From: Gammaproteobacteria bacterium
Lineage (GTDB): Bacteria > Pseudomonadota > Gammaproteobacteria > Eutrophobiales > Eutrophobiaceae
NCBI GenBank assembly: GCA_965116495.1
Contig: OZ220696.1
Span: 1,408,001-1,472,000, forward strand
DNA: 64,000 nt
Direction of reading: 5' to 3'
Of the stretch, positions 18,237 through 29,900 are shown one piece after another. Each line of letters begins with the position of its first letter. Within the stretch, counting starts at the first letter, position 1. The position numbers and the translations under genes are program-made. Below the pieces are notes generated by a model. The model ran no database searches. It was not told the DNA's origin and was given only the letters and a program-made list of their open reading frames with translations.

Positions 18237-19697
18237 TCAAACGCGGTAGTTAGGCGGTTCCTTGGTGATCGTCACATCGTGAGCGTGGCTCTCTTTCATA
18301 CCCGCGCCGGTCAGTTTGACAAAGTTCGGTTTGTTGCGCATTTCTTCCAGGTCGCGGCAGCCCGTGTAGCCCATGGCGGCGCGCAGTCCGCCGGCCAGTT
18401 GATGTACGATCGCACCCAGCGGCCCTTTATACGGTACCCTTCCTTCAATTCCTTCCGGCACCAGTTTTTCTATTTCGTCGTTCTCCTGGAAATAACGGTC
18501 GGACGAGCCGTGCTGCTGCGACATGGCGCCCAGGGAGCCCATTCCCCGATAGGACTTGTAAGACCGCCCCTGAAACAACTCAACTTCTCCGGGCGCTTCC
18601 TCAGTACCGGCAAACAAACCGCCTATCATGACCGAATAGGCGCCCGCGGCCAGTGTCTTGGCAATATCGCCGGAATAGCGGATGCCGCCGTCGGAAATAA
18701 ACGGGATTCCTGTTCCCTTCAATCCTTCGGCCACGTTGGCAACGGCCGTGATCTGGGGCATACCGACTCCGGTCACCACCCGGGTGGTACAAATCGAACC
18801 AGGCCCTACTCCCACTTTCACCGCGTCCGCACCGGCTTCAACCAGCGCTTGCGCACCTGCGGCAGTCACCACGTTACCGGCAATCACTTCGCAATCAGGA
18901 TGGTCCGACTTGACTGTCCGGACAGCCTGCAACACGCCTTCGGAGTGGCCGTGGGCGGTATCGACCACCAGCACGTCCACACCCGCGCTGATGAGGGCTG
19001 CGACCCGTTCACGGGTGCCAGGACCAACGCCCACTGCGGCGCCGACGCGCAGGCGTTCATCCTCATCCTTGCAGGAATTGGGAAATTCCCGGGCCTTGTG
19101 GATATCCTTGACCGTGACCATGCCCTTGAGCTCGAAGCTGTCGTTGACGACGAGGACTTTCTCGATCCGGTGTTGGTGCAACAGGGAGATGATCTCCTCG
19201 GTGCCGGTACCTTCCCCGACCGTGACCAGGCGTTTCCTGGGTGTCATAATGTTGGCTACGGGGTCATCAAAGCGGGTTTCAAAGCGCAGGTCCCTGCTGG
19301 TGACGATGCCGACAAGGTCCGATCCGTCCACTACGGGCACACCTGAAATATTGTTGGAACGGGTGACCTGCATCACTTCGCCGATACTGGTCTGCGGGCT
19401 GACGGTCACCGGGTCACGTATCACCCCGGCCTCGTATTTCTTCACCTGCAGCACTTCTCTGGCCTGCTGTTCGGGGCTCATGTTCTTGTGGATGATCCCC
19501 ATTCCGCCCTGTACGGCAAGGGCGATTGCGAGGCGCGCTTCGGTTACGGTATCCATGGCCGCCGAAATTAATGGTATATTCAGTTTGATGCGCCGGGACA
19601 GGCGCGTCTCAAGGCTGACTTGCTGGGGCAGAATGCGGGAATGGGCCGGGACCAGTAATACGTCGTCAAAGGTGAGGGCTTCTTCGATAATCTGCAT
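18237..19697 (-). CDS. guaB: Inosine-5'-monophosphate dehydrogenase
   Basis: [21 protein letters not shown] pair, [24 protein letters not shown]. Confidence 0.98.
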   Translation of the reverse strand: MQIIEEALTFDDVLLVPAHSRILPQQVSLETRLSRRIKLNIPLISAAMDTVTEARLAIALAVQGGMGIIHKNMSPEQQAREVLQVKKYEAGVIRDPVTVSPQTSIGEVMQVTRSNNISGVPVVDGSDLVGIVTSRDLRFETRFDDPVANIMTPRKRLVTVGEGTGTEEIISLLHQHRIEKVLVVNDSFELKGMVTVKDIHKAREFPNSCKDEDERLRVGAAVGVGPGTRERVAALISAGVDVLVVDTAHGHSEGVLQAVRTVKSDHPDCEVIAGNVVTAAGAQALVEAGADAVKVGVGPGSICTTRVVTGVGMPQITAVANVAEGLKGTGIPFISDGGIRYSGDIAKTLAAGAYSVMIGGLFAGTEEAPGEVELFQGRSYKSYRGMGSLGAMSQQHGSSDRYFQENDEIEKLVPEGIEGRVPYKGPLGAIVHQLAGGLRAAMGYTGCRDLEEMRNKPNFVKLTGAGMKESHAHDVTITKEPPNYRV

Positions 19698-19709
19698 GAC
19701 CTATTATAC

Positions 19710-19868
19710 AATTAAGAATTACGAATTACGAATTACGAATTAGGAATTAAGAATTAGGAATTAAGAATTGGAGGTTATTTCCCAGTGAGCCTTGATCATG
19801 GTTGCGAAACCGCTGAATCATTAAAAAATGCCGCCACAGCCGGCACATTAATTCCTAATTATTAATTC
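19710..19868. repeat. Miniature element with inverted AATTA(A/C/G)G heptamer arrays (copy 1)
   Basis: 8 tandem heptamers at 19710-19765, a core, then inverted taattcctaattattaattc; homologous to 40768-40920. Confidence 0.8.
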
Positions 19869-19870
19869 TC

Positions 19871-21217
19871 ATGACAGAAGAACAACGCGATATCTACACG
19901 ATCACGCGTCTCAACCGCGAGGTCAGGGCCGTTTTGGAGGACAGCTTCCCCCCGTCCTTGTGGGTGCGCGGCGAAATATCCAACCTGGCGCGGCCCGGCT
20001 CCGGTCATCTTTACTTCACACTGAAGGACAAGCATTCACAGGTACGTTGTGCGATGTTCAGGAGCACCAACCGCCACCTGAGATTCCCGCCGGAGAACGG
20101 CCAGGAAGTACTTGCAAGGGCCGGCGTCAGCCTGTACGAGGGCCGTGGTGAGTTCCAGTTGATCGTGGAGCATATGGAACCTGCCGGCGCCGGCGCCCTG
20201 CAACAGGCGTTCGAGAAACTCAAACAGAAGCTGCTTGAAGAAGGCTTGTTTGCTGAGGATCACAAACAACCGCTCCCGACCTTCCCGGGGACAATCGGGA
20301 TCGTGACGTCGCCGACCGGTGCGGCCGTAAAAGACATAATCCAGGTCCTGGGGAGACGCTACGCCAGTGCCGGTGTCATCGTTTACCCGGTACCCGTTCA
20401 GGGTGAAGGCGCAGCGCAGCAGATTACAGAAACCATCGATGAGGCAAACCGGCGCGGGGAATGCGACGTACTGATCCTCGCGAGGGGCGGCGGCTCCCTG
20501 GAGGACCTGTGGTCATTCAACGAAGAAGTCGTTGCCAGGGCGATCCACCGTTCGACTGTTCCCGTAGTCAGCGGCATAGGTCACGAAATAGATTTTACCA
20601 TTGCCGATTTCGTTGCCGACCAGAGGGCCCCTACTCCGTCGGCAGCGGCTGAACTGGTCAGCCCCGATGCTGCCGCCTTGCAGTCAAGGCTGGATACCCT
20701 GTACTCGCAATTCAGCCTGCGTATCAACGACCTGCTGAATACACACCAGCGCAACGTGATACAGTTGAGCAAACGCCTGCCACGACCTACCCACCTGCTG
20801 CAAAACATGGCTCAACGTATGGATGACCTGGCTATCCGGCTGAGACTCGCACTGGATAACGGTATTGCATTACGCAGGGTGCGTCTGAACCGGTCCGCAG
20901 ACACCCTCACGAGCAGGAGCCCCCTGCAACAGTTGGCAGGATATCGTACAAAATGCAATGACCTGGACAAACAACTGCAAAATCAGCTTGTCCGTAACCT
21001 GCAGGCATGGAAAAAACAACTGGGATATCTTACTCATTCCCTGAAGACAGTCAGTCCTCTTGCCACCTTGGACAGGGGCTATGCCATCGTCACCGATAAA
21101 GATGAAAACATCGTGCGCAGGGCGGATCAATTACGGGAAAATTCGGAGATTAAGACCAGGTTTTCAAAGGGAAATATTCGCTCGACCGTCAACAAAATCG
21201 ATGCGGATGATGAATGA
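19871..21217 (+). CDS. xseA: Exodeoxyribonuclease VII large subunit
   Basis: WVRGEISN, SGHLYFTLKD, TSPTGAA, RGGGSLEDLWSFNEE, GIGHEIDFTIADFVADQRAPTPSAAAE, LDRGYA. Confidence 0.97.
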   Translation: MTEEQRDIYTITRLNREVRAVLEDSFPPSLWVRGEISNLARPGSGHLYFTLKDKHSQVRCAMFRSTNRHLRFPPENGQEVLARAGVSLYEGRGEFQLIVEHMEPAGAGALQQAFEKLKQKLLEEGLFAEDHKQPLPTFPGTIGIVTSPTGAAVKDIIQVLGRRYASAGVIVYPVPVQGEGAAQQITETIDEANRRGECDVLILARGGGSLEDLWSFNEEVVARAIHRSTVPVVSGIGHEIDFTIADFVADQRAPTPSAAAELVSPDAAALQSRLDTLYSQFSLRINDLLNTHQRNVIQLSKRLPRPTHLLQNMAQRMDDLAIRLRLALDNGIALRRVRLNRSADTLTSRSPLQQLAGYRTKCNDLDKQLQNQLVRNLQAWKKQLGYLTHSLKTVSPLATLDRGYAIVTDKDENIVRRADQLRENSEIKTRFSKGNIRSTVNKIDADDE

Positions 21218-21283
21218 ATGATTGAACATGGATGCACTGAATAAACAGGACATGTAGATTCGTAACAGCTTGCTTGCTTGCTT

Positions 21284-21312
21284 TTGTAATATACCAATTG
21301 ACGGTATATAAT
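21284..21312 (+). promoter_or_regulatory. Sigma70 promoter with overlapping operator for the TA operon
   Basis: TTGTAA-N17-TATAAT with a TATACC-N7-GGTATA palindrome (21290-21308) across the spacer; GTG start 7 nt after the -10. Confidence 0.6.
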
Positions 21313-21319
21313 TTACACC

Positions 21320-21586
21320 GTGACATGGACTGTTTACCTGACCAGAAAGGCGGATAAACAACTGGCAAAGTTGCCAAAAATGATGCGGGTTTTGGCAGAA
21401 CTTGCCGTGACTGACATGGAGGAGCAGGGTGTTAACCCTGTGGGATGGGATACTTTGAAAACCGGCAAAGATGAATATCGTCTGTGTCTGAATTACAGGT
21501 ATCGAATGCGTTATCGCGTAACGCCGGAACGTACCTTGAGGGTAGAAGTATTTTATATCGGACATCGACGGGAGGCTTATAGATGA
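21320..21586 (+). CDS. RelE/ParE family type II toxin
   Basis: WTVYLTRKADKQLAKLP...YRL...YRMRY...VEVFYIGHRREAY. Confidence 0.82.
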   Translation: MTWTVYLTRKADKQLAKLPKMMRVLAELAVTDMEEQGVNPVGWDTLKTGKDEYRLCLNYRYRMRYRVTPERTLRVEVFYIGHRREAYR

Positions 21587-21954
21587 GTCATACATCGAAT
21601 ATTCAACACGATTTGAGAAAGGTGTCCGTGGGGCCTGCCGGAAAAACGGAACGAGTACCCCTGAAAAATATGACCAGCCCAAGCATAGAGAAATACTTGG
21701 AGGATGAGCTTGTACCCGCGCAAACGTTGCATGACGAAATCAGACAGCGCTATGGCGATGCTTATAGAACCCCGGGGTACTATCTGAGATTGTATCGCCT
21801 ACGGGCAGACTTGACCCAGGTACAACTGGCAGGCCAAGCAGGTATCCGCCAGCGCCACATCTCTGAGATGGAAAATAACAAACGGTCTATAGACAAAACG
21901 CTGGCCAGAAAGTTAGCGCATATTCTGGACTTCGATTACCGCAAGCTGATATAA
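21583..21954 (+). CDS. Xre-family HTH antitoxin (HigA-like, toxin-first order)
   Basis: C-terminal HTH LRLYRLRADLTQVQLAGQAGIRQRHISEMENNKR; ATGA overlap with the toxin. Confidence 0.82.
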   Translation: MSHTSNIQHDLRKVSVGPAGKTERVPLKNMTSPSIEKYLEDELVPAQTLHDEIRQRYGDAYRTPGYYLRLYRLRADLTQVQLAGQAGIRQRHISEMENNKRSIDKTLARKLAHILDFDYRKLI

Positions 21955-21993
21955 GATCAGAGTTGTAGCAGGATCCCTGTCCAAGCCGCAGAA

Positions 21994-22947
21994 CTAGATC
22001 TCTGCAGCCTGCAGGTCCGCGTGGTACGATGAGCGCACCATGGGGGCGCTGGCCACGCTGGTGAACCCCAGTCCTTTTGCGTATTCACCCAGGTCGGCAA
22101 ACTCGGACGGTTCCACGAACCTCTCCACCTTGAGGTGGTAGCGGCTCGGTTGCAGATACTGGCCCAGGGTCAGCATGTCGCAGTCGTGTTCCCTGAGGTC
22201 GCGCAATACCTGTTTCACGTCCCCAATCTCCTCGCCCAGTCCCAGCATGAGGCCGGATTTTGTCGGTATTCCGGGGTGCTGTGCCTTGAATTTCCTGATC
22301 AGTTCCAGGGACCAGTGATAATCGGCGCCCGGCCTGGCCTTGCGGTACAGGACCGGCGTCGTCTCCAGGTTGTGATTAAACACATCGGGCGGCGCTTCGC
22401 CCAGTCTTTCCAGCGCTATGTCCATGCGGCGGCGGAAGTCCGGGGTCAGGATCTCAATCCTGGTGGCGGGGGTTGCCCGGCGCACGGCGCTGATGCAATC
22501 CCTGAAGTGCCCTGCCCCGCCGTCGCGCAGGTCGTCCCGATCGACGGAAGTGATGACGACGTATTTCAGTCCCATCAGTTTGACGGCTTCAGCCAGGTGT
22601 TCCGGTTCGTTTTGGTCCAGGGGTTGCGGGCGGCCATGGGCAACGTCACAGAACGGGCAACGCCGGGTGCAGGTGTCACCCATGATCATAAAAGTGGCAG
22701 TGCCGTGTGCGAAGCATTCACCCAGGTTGGGACAGGATGCTTCCTCACAGACAGTGTGCAGGGAGCGTTCCCGCAACAGCCGCTTCAATTCGAATACCCT
22801 GGGATCCGTCGGCGCTTTTGCCCTGATCCAGTCGGGCTTTCTCGGCGCTTTGCCTTCCATGGGGACCACTTTTATGGGGATGCGCGCGGTTTTGAATTTT
22901 CCGCGCCGATCAGCCTTTGTCAGATTTTCCAGTGCTGCTGTTGTCAT
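21994..22947 (-). CDS. lipA: Lipoyl synthase
   Basis: [20 protein letters not shown] radical-SAM motif, RSSYHA. Confidence 0.98.
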   Translation of the reverse strand: MTTAALENLTKADRRGKFKTARIPIKVVPMEGKAPRKPDWIRAKAPTDPRVFELKRLLRERSLHTVCEEASCPNLGECFAHGTATFMIMGDTCTRRCPFCDVAHGRPQPLDQNEPEHLAEAVKLMGLKYVVITSVDRDDLRDGGAGHFRDCISAVRRATPATRIEILTPDFRRRMDIALERLGEAPPDVFNHNLETTPVLYRKARPGADYHWSLELIRKFKAQHPGIPTKSGLMLGLGEEIGDVKQVLRDLREHDCDMLTLGQYLQPSRYHLKVERFVEPSEFADLGEYAKGLGFTSVASAPMVRSSYHADLQAAEI

Positions 22948-22993
22948 GGGAATACCGTAATCCGAGGCACTATATCATCACACCTCACCGCTT

Positions 22994-23199
22994 GTCATGC
23001 CGGGCTTGCTCCCTTGCCCGTTATGCCGGCCAGGGAATGGCCGGTACCCAGTCACAGGGATGTGGGCAGATGTGTCGCCCCCCGCCTTCGCGGGGGCAGG
23101 CTCCGGGCGACCCGTTGTTTCACTGGATTCCGGCTTTCGCCGGAATGACGAATCAATGAACACCGGAATGACGAATCAATGAACGCCGCTATGACGAAT
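22994..23199. repeat. Composite cluster of palindromic repeats with 23-bp tandem duplications
   Basis: cccccgccttcgcggggg hairpin, ctggattccggctttcgccggaatgac arm, then about 2.5 copies of ccggaatgacgaatcaatgaac. Confidence 0.7.
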
Positions 23200-23209
23200 T
23201 TCTCATTCA

Positions 23210-23839
23210 TCAGATATTTCTGACCTCATCGTATGGGAACTGGTTCATCAGGCAGGGCAGAAATTTGTCAACCGTTTCACTGACTGTCAAATCAATATCC
23301 AGATCCGCCAGTTGCGTTACTTCCAGGCCGGGGTAACCGCACGGATTGACACGCCGGAACGGGGACAGATCCATACTCACGTTCAGCGCCAGGCCGTGAT
23401 AACAGCATCCTTTTCTCACCCGCACGCCCAGGGCCGCGATCTTGCTGTCATCCAGGTATACGCCCGGCATTCCCCGGCGGCGCTGCGCGTCCAGGTCGAA
23501 GGTCGCGAGAAAGTCGATGACGGCCTGTTCCAGCAGGTTAACATACTTCCTGATAGATATACCCAGCCGCTTCAGGTCAAGCAACAGGTAAACAACCAGT
23601 TGGCCCGGGCCGTGGTAAGTCACCTGTCCGCCCCGGTCCACCTTATGCACCGGGACAGCGCCCGGGTCCAGCAGGTGTTCGGTCCTGCCTGCAAGGCCCA
23701 GGGTAAATACCGGTTCGTGTTCCAGGCACCAGATTTCATCCACAGTAGCCGGGGTGCGCCTGTTGGTAAAATCAACCATGGCTTCATAGGCGCCGGTGTA
23801 TTCCTGCAAACCGAATTGTCTGATTAATACCTTGTTCAT
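23210..23839 (-). CDS. lipB: Lipoate-protein ligase B (octanoyltransferase)
   Basis: [40 protein letters not shown]. Confidence 0.97.
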   Translation of the reverse strand: MNKVLIRQFGLQEYTGAYEAMVDFTNRRTPATVDEIWCLEHEPVFTLGLAGRTEHLLDPGAVPVHKVDRGGQVTYHGPGQLVVYLLLDLKRLGISIRKYVNLLEQAVIDFLATFDLDAQRRRGMPGVYLDDSKIAALGVRVRKGCCYHGLALNVSMDLSPFRRVNPCGYPGLEVTQLADLDIDLTVSETVDKFLPCLMNQFPYDEVRNI

Positions 23840-24009
23840 GGATTACTTACATGGAGGCTGAGATTCACGACCAAAGTGTATATTTCGACAAGTTTTTACT
23901 CTGACCCCATATATCCATAGAATCCTGTATGATGATAGTTTCGCCCGGACGTATAAAACCTTAGTATACGCCCGGGTGTTCAGAAAACATATTTTCATAG
24001 GAGGCGCTC

Positions 24010-24390
24010 ATGAAGTTGGCAGCACTGTATTTGTCCTGTTCCCTGATGTTAGGCATCGCACCTGTCCAGGTCGCGCTCGCACAGGCCGATTCCGCATCTA
24101 CCGAAGTGATTGAAACCTGCCCGATGCCGGAAAGACCTTCCATTCCCAACGGGCTGAAGTCCAGCGAAGAGGAGATGATTGAGGCGCAGAAAGGCATCAA
24201 GGACTATATCGCCAAAGGGGAAGCCGTATTGGCATGCCTTGACGGACTCCGGGAAAGCTGGGGAGAAACCGTCACTGAAGAGCAATCGCAAATCAACATG
24301 CTTTTCTACAATAAAATGGTGGATGAAATGACATCGACGGGAGAGTTGTTCAACTCTGCGGTCCGGGCCTACAAAGGCAGGAACCAGTAA
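24010..24390 (+). CDS. Secreted hypothetical protein (helical, two Cys in mature part)
   Basis: AGGAGG RBS, signal peptide ending ALA-QA, plausible composition. Confidence 0.75.
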   Translation: MKLAALYLSCSLMLGIAPVQVALAQADSASTEVIETCPMPERPSIPNGLKSSEEEMIEAQKGIKDYIAKGEAVLACLDGLRESWGETVTEEQSQINMLFYNKMVDEMTSTGELFNSAVRAYKGRNQ

Positions 24391-24589
24391 TCTGCCGCAA
24401 GCACCTGACAACCTGGGATCAATACACAGGTTGCTGTGACAATTTAACCATAGGATGCCGTAAAGCCGTCATTGTGGGTGCAGGTTCCCTCTTGCCTGTA
24501 ACATGCAGGTGCGATCTGTTTTTTGGTGTTGGGCAGAGTTCCGATTGCAGGAATCCATGAGCAGACCTTGAGGTATCGTCGTATTACGA

Positions 24590-25519
24590 ATGAAAGCGCT
24601 GGAGATTAACCGCCTCGAAAAAACCTACAAGAACGGGTTTCAGGCACTGAAAGGAATCGACCTGGAAGTGGATGAAGGCGATTTCTTCGCGTTACTCGGC
24701 CCCAACGGCGCCGGCAAGTCCACCACTATCGGCATTATTTCCTCGCTGGTGACAAAAACCGCCGGCAGTGTACGCGTGCTCGGCCTGGACAGCGATACCC
24801 ATATCACCGAGATCAAATCCCGGTTGGGCATCGTTCCCCAGGAAATCAACTTCTCATTATTTGAAACCTGCCTGAATATCGTGCTGAACCAGGCGGGCTA
24901 TTACGGTATTGACCGTAAACAGGCTTACACCAACGCGGAGAAATACCTCAGGCAACTGGGATTGTGGGAGCGGCGCAACGGTATATCCCGCAACCTCTCT
25001 GGCGGTCTCAAACGCCGGCTGCTGATCGCGAGGGCCCTGGTCCATGAACCAAAGCTGCTGCTGCTGGATGAGCCGACCGCCGGCGTTGACGTGGAGTTGC
25101 GCCGCTCCACCTGGGATTTTCTGAAGGAGATTAACCGCCGGGGTACAACCATTGTTCTGACCACCCATTACCTGGAAGAAGCCGAGAGCCTGTGTGAAAA
25201 AATCGCCATCATCGACAAGGGTTCAATCATTGAATTCGGCTATAAAAAGGACCTGCTGGCCAAATTGCATTCGGAGACGTTTATCCTGGACCTGGCAAGC
25301 CCCCTGGAGAAACTGCCCTCCATGCCGTTCCTGGATATCCGTCAGATAGATCCGATAACCCTGGAAGTGGTCATCAACCGGGAGCAGAACGCCAACGCCG
25401 TATTTGAGATGCTGTCGGAACACATGATCATCGTGAGCAGCATGCGCAATAAAGCCAATCGCCTGGAAGAATTATTCATCCGGTTACTGGACGACAATGA
25501 GCACGGAAATGACCGCTGA
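24590..25519 (+). CDS. yadG: ABC transporter ATP-binding protein (YadG-like)
   Basis: GPNGAGKST, LSGGLKRR, LLDEPTAGVD, SSMRNKANRLEELF. Confidence 0.9.
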   Translation: MKALEINRLEKTYKNGFQALKGIDLEVDEGDFFALLGPNGAGKSTTIGIISSLVTKTAGSVRVLGLDSDTHITEIKSRLGIVPQEINFSLFETCLNIVLNQAGYYGIDRKQAYTNAEKYLRQLGLWERRNGISRNLSGGLKRRLLIARALVHEPKLLLLDEPTAGVDVELRRSTWDFLKEINRRGTTIVLTTHYLEEAESLCEKIAIIDKGSIIEFGYKKDLLAKLHSETFILDLASPLEKLPSMPFLDIRQIDPITLEVVINREQNANAVFEMLSEHMIIVSSMRNKANRLEELFIRLLDDNEHGNDR

Positions 25520-26285
25520 GCGATTCTACATAGCCTACAAGACCATCGTCACCAAGGAGATCACCCGGTTCCTGCGTATCTGGATGCAAACCGTGCTGCC
25601 GGCGGCGATCAGCATGGCGCTTTACTTCATCATATTCGGCAACCTGATCGGCCCTCGCATCGGCGTAATGGGCGGGTTCTCCTATATGGAGTTTATCGCG
25701 CCGGGCATCATTATGATGTCGATAATCAACAACTCCTATTCCAATGTATCTTCCTCTTTCTTTGGGGCAAGGTTTCAACGCCATATCGAGGAAATGCTGA
25801 TTGCGCCCGTGCCTGCCTGGATCATCCTCGCCGGTTATATTACCGGCGGTGTATTCAGGGGCCTGGTTGTAGGGCTCATCGTGACCACTATTGCGTTGTT
25901 CTTCACCGGGATGCCCTCGGTTCACAACCCCTTCATCGTCTTGACTATTGTCATCCTGACCTCCGTCCTGTTTTCCCTGGGTGGTTTTCTTAACGGTATA
26001 TTTGCGAAGAACTTCGATGACATCTCCATCATCCCAACATTCGTACTGACCCCGCTGATATACCTGGGAGGGGTGTTCTATTCCATAGACCTGCTGCCGC
26101 GCATCTGGCAATCCATCTCGCTGGCCAATCCGATACTGTACATGGTGAACGCCTTCCGTTACGGCATCCTGGGCGTCTCCGACATCAGCATCCATGTTGC
26201 GTTCGTCATCATCCTGCTGTTTATCATCATCCTGTCGTTCCTGTCCCTTTACCTGCTGCAACGGGGAACGGGGATAAAGACCTGA
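25497..26285 (+). CDS. yadH: ABC-2 type transporter permease (YadH-like)
   Basis: KEITRFLRIWMQT, PGIIMMSIINNSYSNVSSSFF, NPILYMVNAFRYG. Confidence 0.9.
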   Translation: MSTEMTAERFYIAYKTIVTKEITRFLRIWMQTVLPAAISMALYFIIFGNLIGPRIGVMGGFSYMEFIAPGIIMMSIINNSYSNVSSSFFGARFQRHIEEMLIAPVPAWIILAGYITGGVFRGLVVGLIVTTIALFFTGMPSVHNPFIVLTIVILTSVLFSLGGFLNGIFAKNFDDISIIPTFVLTPLIYLGGVFYSIDLLPRIWQSISLANPILYMVNAFRYGILGVSDISIHVAFVIILLFIIILSFLSLYLLQRGTGIKT

Positions 26286-26355
26286 ACCGCATTACGTGCC
26301 CGGCCTCCTGACGTCATGCCGCTCCTAACGTCGTGCCGGGCTCGACCCGGCACCG

Positions 26356-26859
26356 TTATTCCCCTGTCTTGTCCAGGTCTTTATTGATCCTGACAAGCTC
26401 CTGCATCAACCGGTCAATATCCGGGATCAATTTTTTCAGGGCATTCTGCTCTTTTGCCACCAGTTTTTTTGCGACCTCATGGCGTATCACTCCGGCATCC
26501 GACGGAAAGATCTCGATAATCCTCCGGTCCTCATGGTGTGGTTTTCTGTAGACAAGGTTGTCATTTACCATGCGGTCTATGAGTTTTGTGGCCGTCGGCA
26601 GGTTCAATACCATCGCTTCCGCAATCCCACCCATTGACCTGCTGCTTTCCGTAACCAGCATATTCAATACCAGCCACGCATCCAGACTCAGTCCCACAGT
26701 GCGTAACTTGGCGGTCAGCCGGTTGTTTACTTTACGACCGGTCCGGACCATCAGGCCGGCCAGATGATTGTCAATAATTCGTTTTCCCAAAAGACTTTCC
26801 CCGGTCCCATCAACGCATCTTATTGTACTCATGATACCTGAGCATGAGTGTCTTACCAA
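26356..26859 (-). CDS. MarR family transcriptional regulator (true start probably downstream of 26859)
   Basis: GLSLDAWLVL...NLPTATKLIDRMVNDNLVYR...DRR winged-helix pattern. Confidence 0.82.
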   Translation of the reverse strand: MVRHSCSGIMSTIRCVDGTGESLLGKRIIDNHLAGLMVRTGRKVNNRLTAKLRTVGLSLDAWLVLNMLVTESSRSMGGIAEAMVLNLPTATKLIDRMVNDNLVYRKPHHEDRRIIEIFPSDAGVIRHEVAKKLVAKEQNALKKLIPDIDRLMQELVRINKDLDKTGE

Positions 26860-26937
26860 AATGCTGGAAAGGTCTATGTTAGGAAGTTGAATATCCGGCC
26901 ACGGAGTTGCTTGAATGTTTTGGCCGCTTCCAGACTT

Positions 26938-29900
26938 TCAATGCGGGAGACACGGTCCATCTTCCCGCTTGGCTTCTTCCTCATAGTCTTTCGCCGCACG
27001 TCGAAGTGAAGCGGCGGTTTTTGGCCACTCCATCTCGCATTGATTCGCAAATCGATGATATTTCCCGGCAAGTTCATTTTCTCGTAACCCTTTCCCTTCA
27101 AAACGGACGCTGCCGTTTTTATTATATATCCCAACTCTAAATCCTCGGGCTAAAGCATCGCTGTCGAATTCATCGATAACGTCACGGACCGGATTACTCG
27201 GCCACTCATCTTTACCTTCCGGCTCCTGCGCCAGTACCTCGCCGATACGCTCATCACATACTTCCAGGTGACCTGATTCTTCACATTTTTCTCTGGCGAT
27301 CCTTACCCAATCCATAAGTTCCTGTTCATTGATCAGCCCATCGTTGTTCATGCCGGGTATCATCTTCCATTGAGTTAACAACACATACGCTTGATGCGCT
27401 CGTGCTTTGTCCCGCTCTGTGAAAGCTTGCCGGTTATCTTCCGGCTTTTTGTCCGAGTGAAAAACCGTCCGGATGAGTCGACAAAAGAATTCGGGGTCCT
27501 GTTGTAATGATTTTTCCAGTGTTACCGGAGATGATCCACTGTATTCATCCAGAAATTCAAGGTAGACCCACTCCAATTCAGTGAGTCTGATCGTATCTGT
27601 ATCAGAGCATCTTTCTTGTAGATATTTAAATAATTCCTGGATTTTGTATTTGATATCACTCTCTGTTACTTCTTCAAGGCTAATTTGAATTTGCCCCTTC
27701 CGTGCAGTTTCTAATGTCTCCAGTGTTTTGATAACCAGATCCGGGTCAATCTCGCATCCGTCATACAAAGCCATATTCAATATGTCAATGGCTTTAAGAG
27801 GATGTCCATAGTGGATTAATTTTGTTACCGCGAACTCAACGTCTTCTTTGCTGCCATCACGAACAAAGTCTCTAACGTGTCCCCAATAAACAGACCTGGC
27901 CTTAGAATTCTGTTTTTCTACCCATACCCAGGTTTCTCGTTTGAAGGGCAATACAGATAAAAACAATCCGGATTGTTCCGGTTGCCATGCCTTCAGGGGA
28001 AGTACTTCAACCCAATCCCAGTCTTTTTGCTCAAACAGTGCGCGGACGATACCAGCTGTAAATTCTTTCTCACGTTCATTATCCGAAGTCAGCAAAGCAG
28101 GAATGACGTCATCAGTATCGTTATAGAGTGCGCTACGCACATAACCATTGCCCACGATATCCGGACGACCGGATTCTTTGGCAAGCTTGAGAATTTCTTT
28201 TATTCCCCCATCCTCGTATATTTCCTGCAAAGCCTGAGCCCTGATTTGATAAATTGCTTCCTCTCGCTGTTGCGAGGACGTTCCAAGATTCATGTAGCCA
28301 TCGGGATAAGACGCAAATAACCAAAGGTGCCTGGCGACCAGATCAACGGGCTCGAAACGGTTTTGCAGGGTCTCCAGCCTGTTGGCAATATTTGGCGGTA
28401 TAGCTCTTTTTTTGTCTGATGCACGGGTTTTTATTACCTGTTTTCTTATGCTTTCCGTTATTTTTCTCCTGACTACCGTATCCAATTCTGTCAGGTCCCA
28501 CTGTTCCAGTCGATCAAACAGTTGTTTTTGTGTAGCTTGCGGGAGATGGTCAAACTCATTGAGCAACTGTAACCATCGTTCAATATCAGTTCCTGCCATG
28601 GAAATCAGATAACCTGCACAAGCGGATATCTGTTGCCAATACCCGTCGTGATCAGGTGTCTGCTCCCAAGCCAAAGACCAGTCCCGCCATACCGGCATAC
28701 GGGTATCTGATGACGTCCTTAACACATTCGGCATGAGGCTGAGCAATAATTCCCAGGCTGCTTTCGGGGTTTTTTCGACCAACTTTTTTATTGCTTTTAT
28801 TCTTTGTTCAACGGATGCCGTTGTGTGGGGATGCCAAGGCAGGAAAACCTGTTGCAGACTGGACAGGGGGCTGCTTGACCATTGCCCCTGCGAGCCGATC
28901 TCATATAAGCGTCCAAGAATTAAACTCACCTTAGTAAGGTAAGATGGATTCCAGGCCAGTACTTCTAGTGCGCCCAATATTCCTTCGTATGCAGAAAAGG
29001 CAACGGGTAAAGGAGCATCAGAATCGTTAAACAATTCTTTCAATACAGGACTCTCGCATTTGAGATCGTTTTCGACGGTTGACAAAAATACTTCGGGAGC
29101 CGCTTCTGCCAATTTGGGTAACAAGCCGGACAAAGAAGCCCATAGTTGCCAGGAAGTCTCCTCATTCAGAAGTCTACCCACTATTTGCTCAGCTTTTCCC
29201 TCGGGTTTGATGTCACTTTGCATCGTGCCGTTCCCAGACCTGCATGCCAACAGGACCAGCGTTTCACACATAGCCAAGCGGATCTGCGCGGAATATCTAA
29301 GTTCATTATCGTGGAACGCCGCATACGGCTGATCCTCTGCCGGCAGGTCATGTCTGATGTCCACTTCACCGAGAATTTCTACTGTCAGTTCCTCAAATGT
29401 GAGAAGGTCTTGTCGGGTTATATAGCATGCCAGTAACCGCCATGAATCTTCTCGCGATTCCAGGCTACAATGTTCATGTACACGTAAGAAAGGAGAGTCA
29501 GGTCTATTCAGCCAGAGGTTAACGATGTTTGCATTCTTTTCATACGATTTGCCGGATAATTTTTCAATAGCGCGTTGATCGGCATCGGATATTTCGTCCC
29601 AAGAGCCGACTAAAATAAAAGGTATTAATTCTCGAGCCCTGTCTGCTTCGCTCCATTCAGGATGTTTTGTAACAGGAAAGCGGGAAATAGAGCGTTTCAG
29701 CACGGTTAAACTTCCACCCGCCATGCGAGCGTAGTCAGATGCCACTTGCTCGGTAAGACCGGAGGTCAATAATGCTTTCTTCAACGCGTAACGATCAGGA
29801 CGCTGCAAATGAATTCGATCATATTTCGCGGAGAAGTGGTGATAGCAAAGCAGAACGTGATGACCCTGCTGCACGGCTTCTGTGATCATTGCTGCATCCA

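Noticed and set aside
23140-23199. 23-bp direct repeats as a mini CRISPR array
   Set aside because: The units are contiguous with no unique spacers, derive from the palindromic repeat arm, and no cas genes are present
24391-24589. Possible riboswitch or sRNA upstream of the ABC transporter
   Set aside because: No recognisable conserved motif or convincing structure by eye; an Rfam/Infernal scan would be needed
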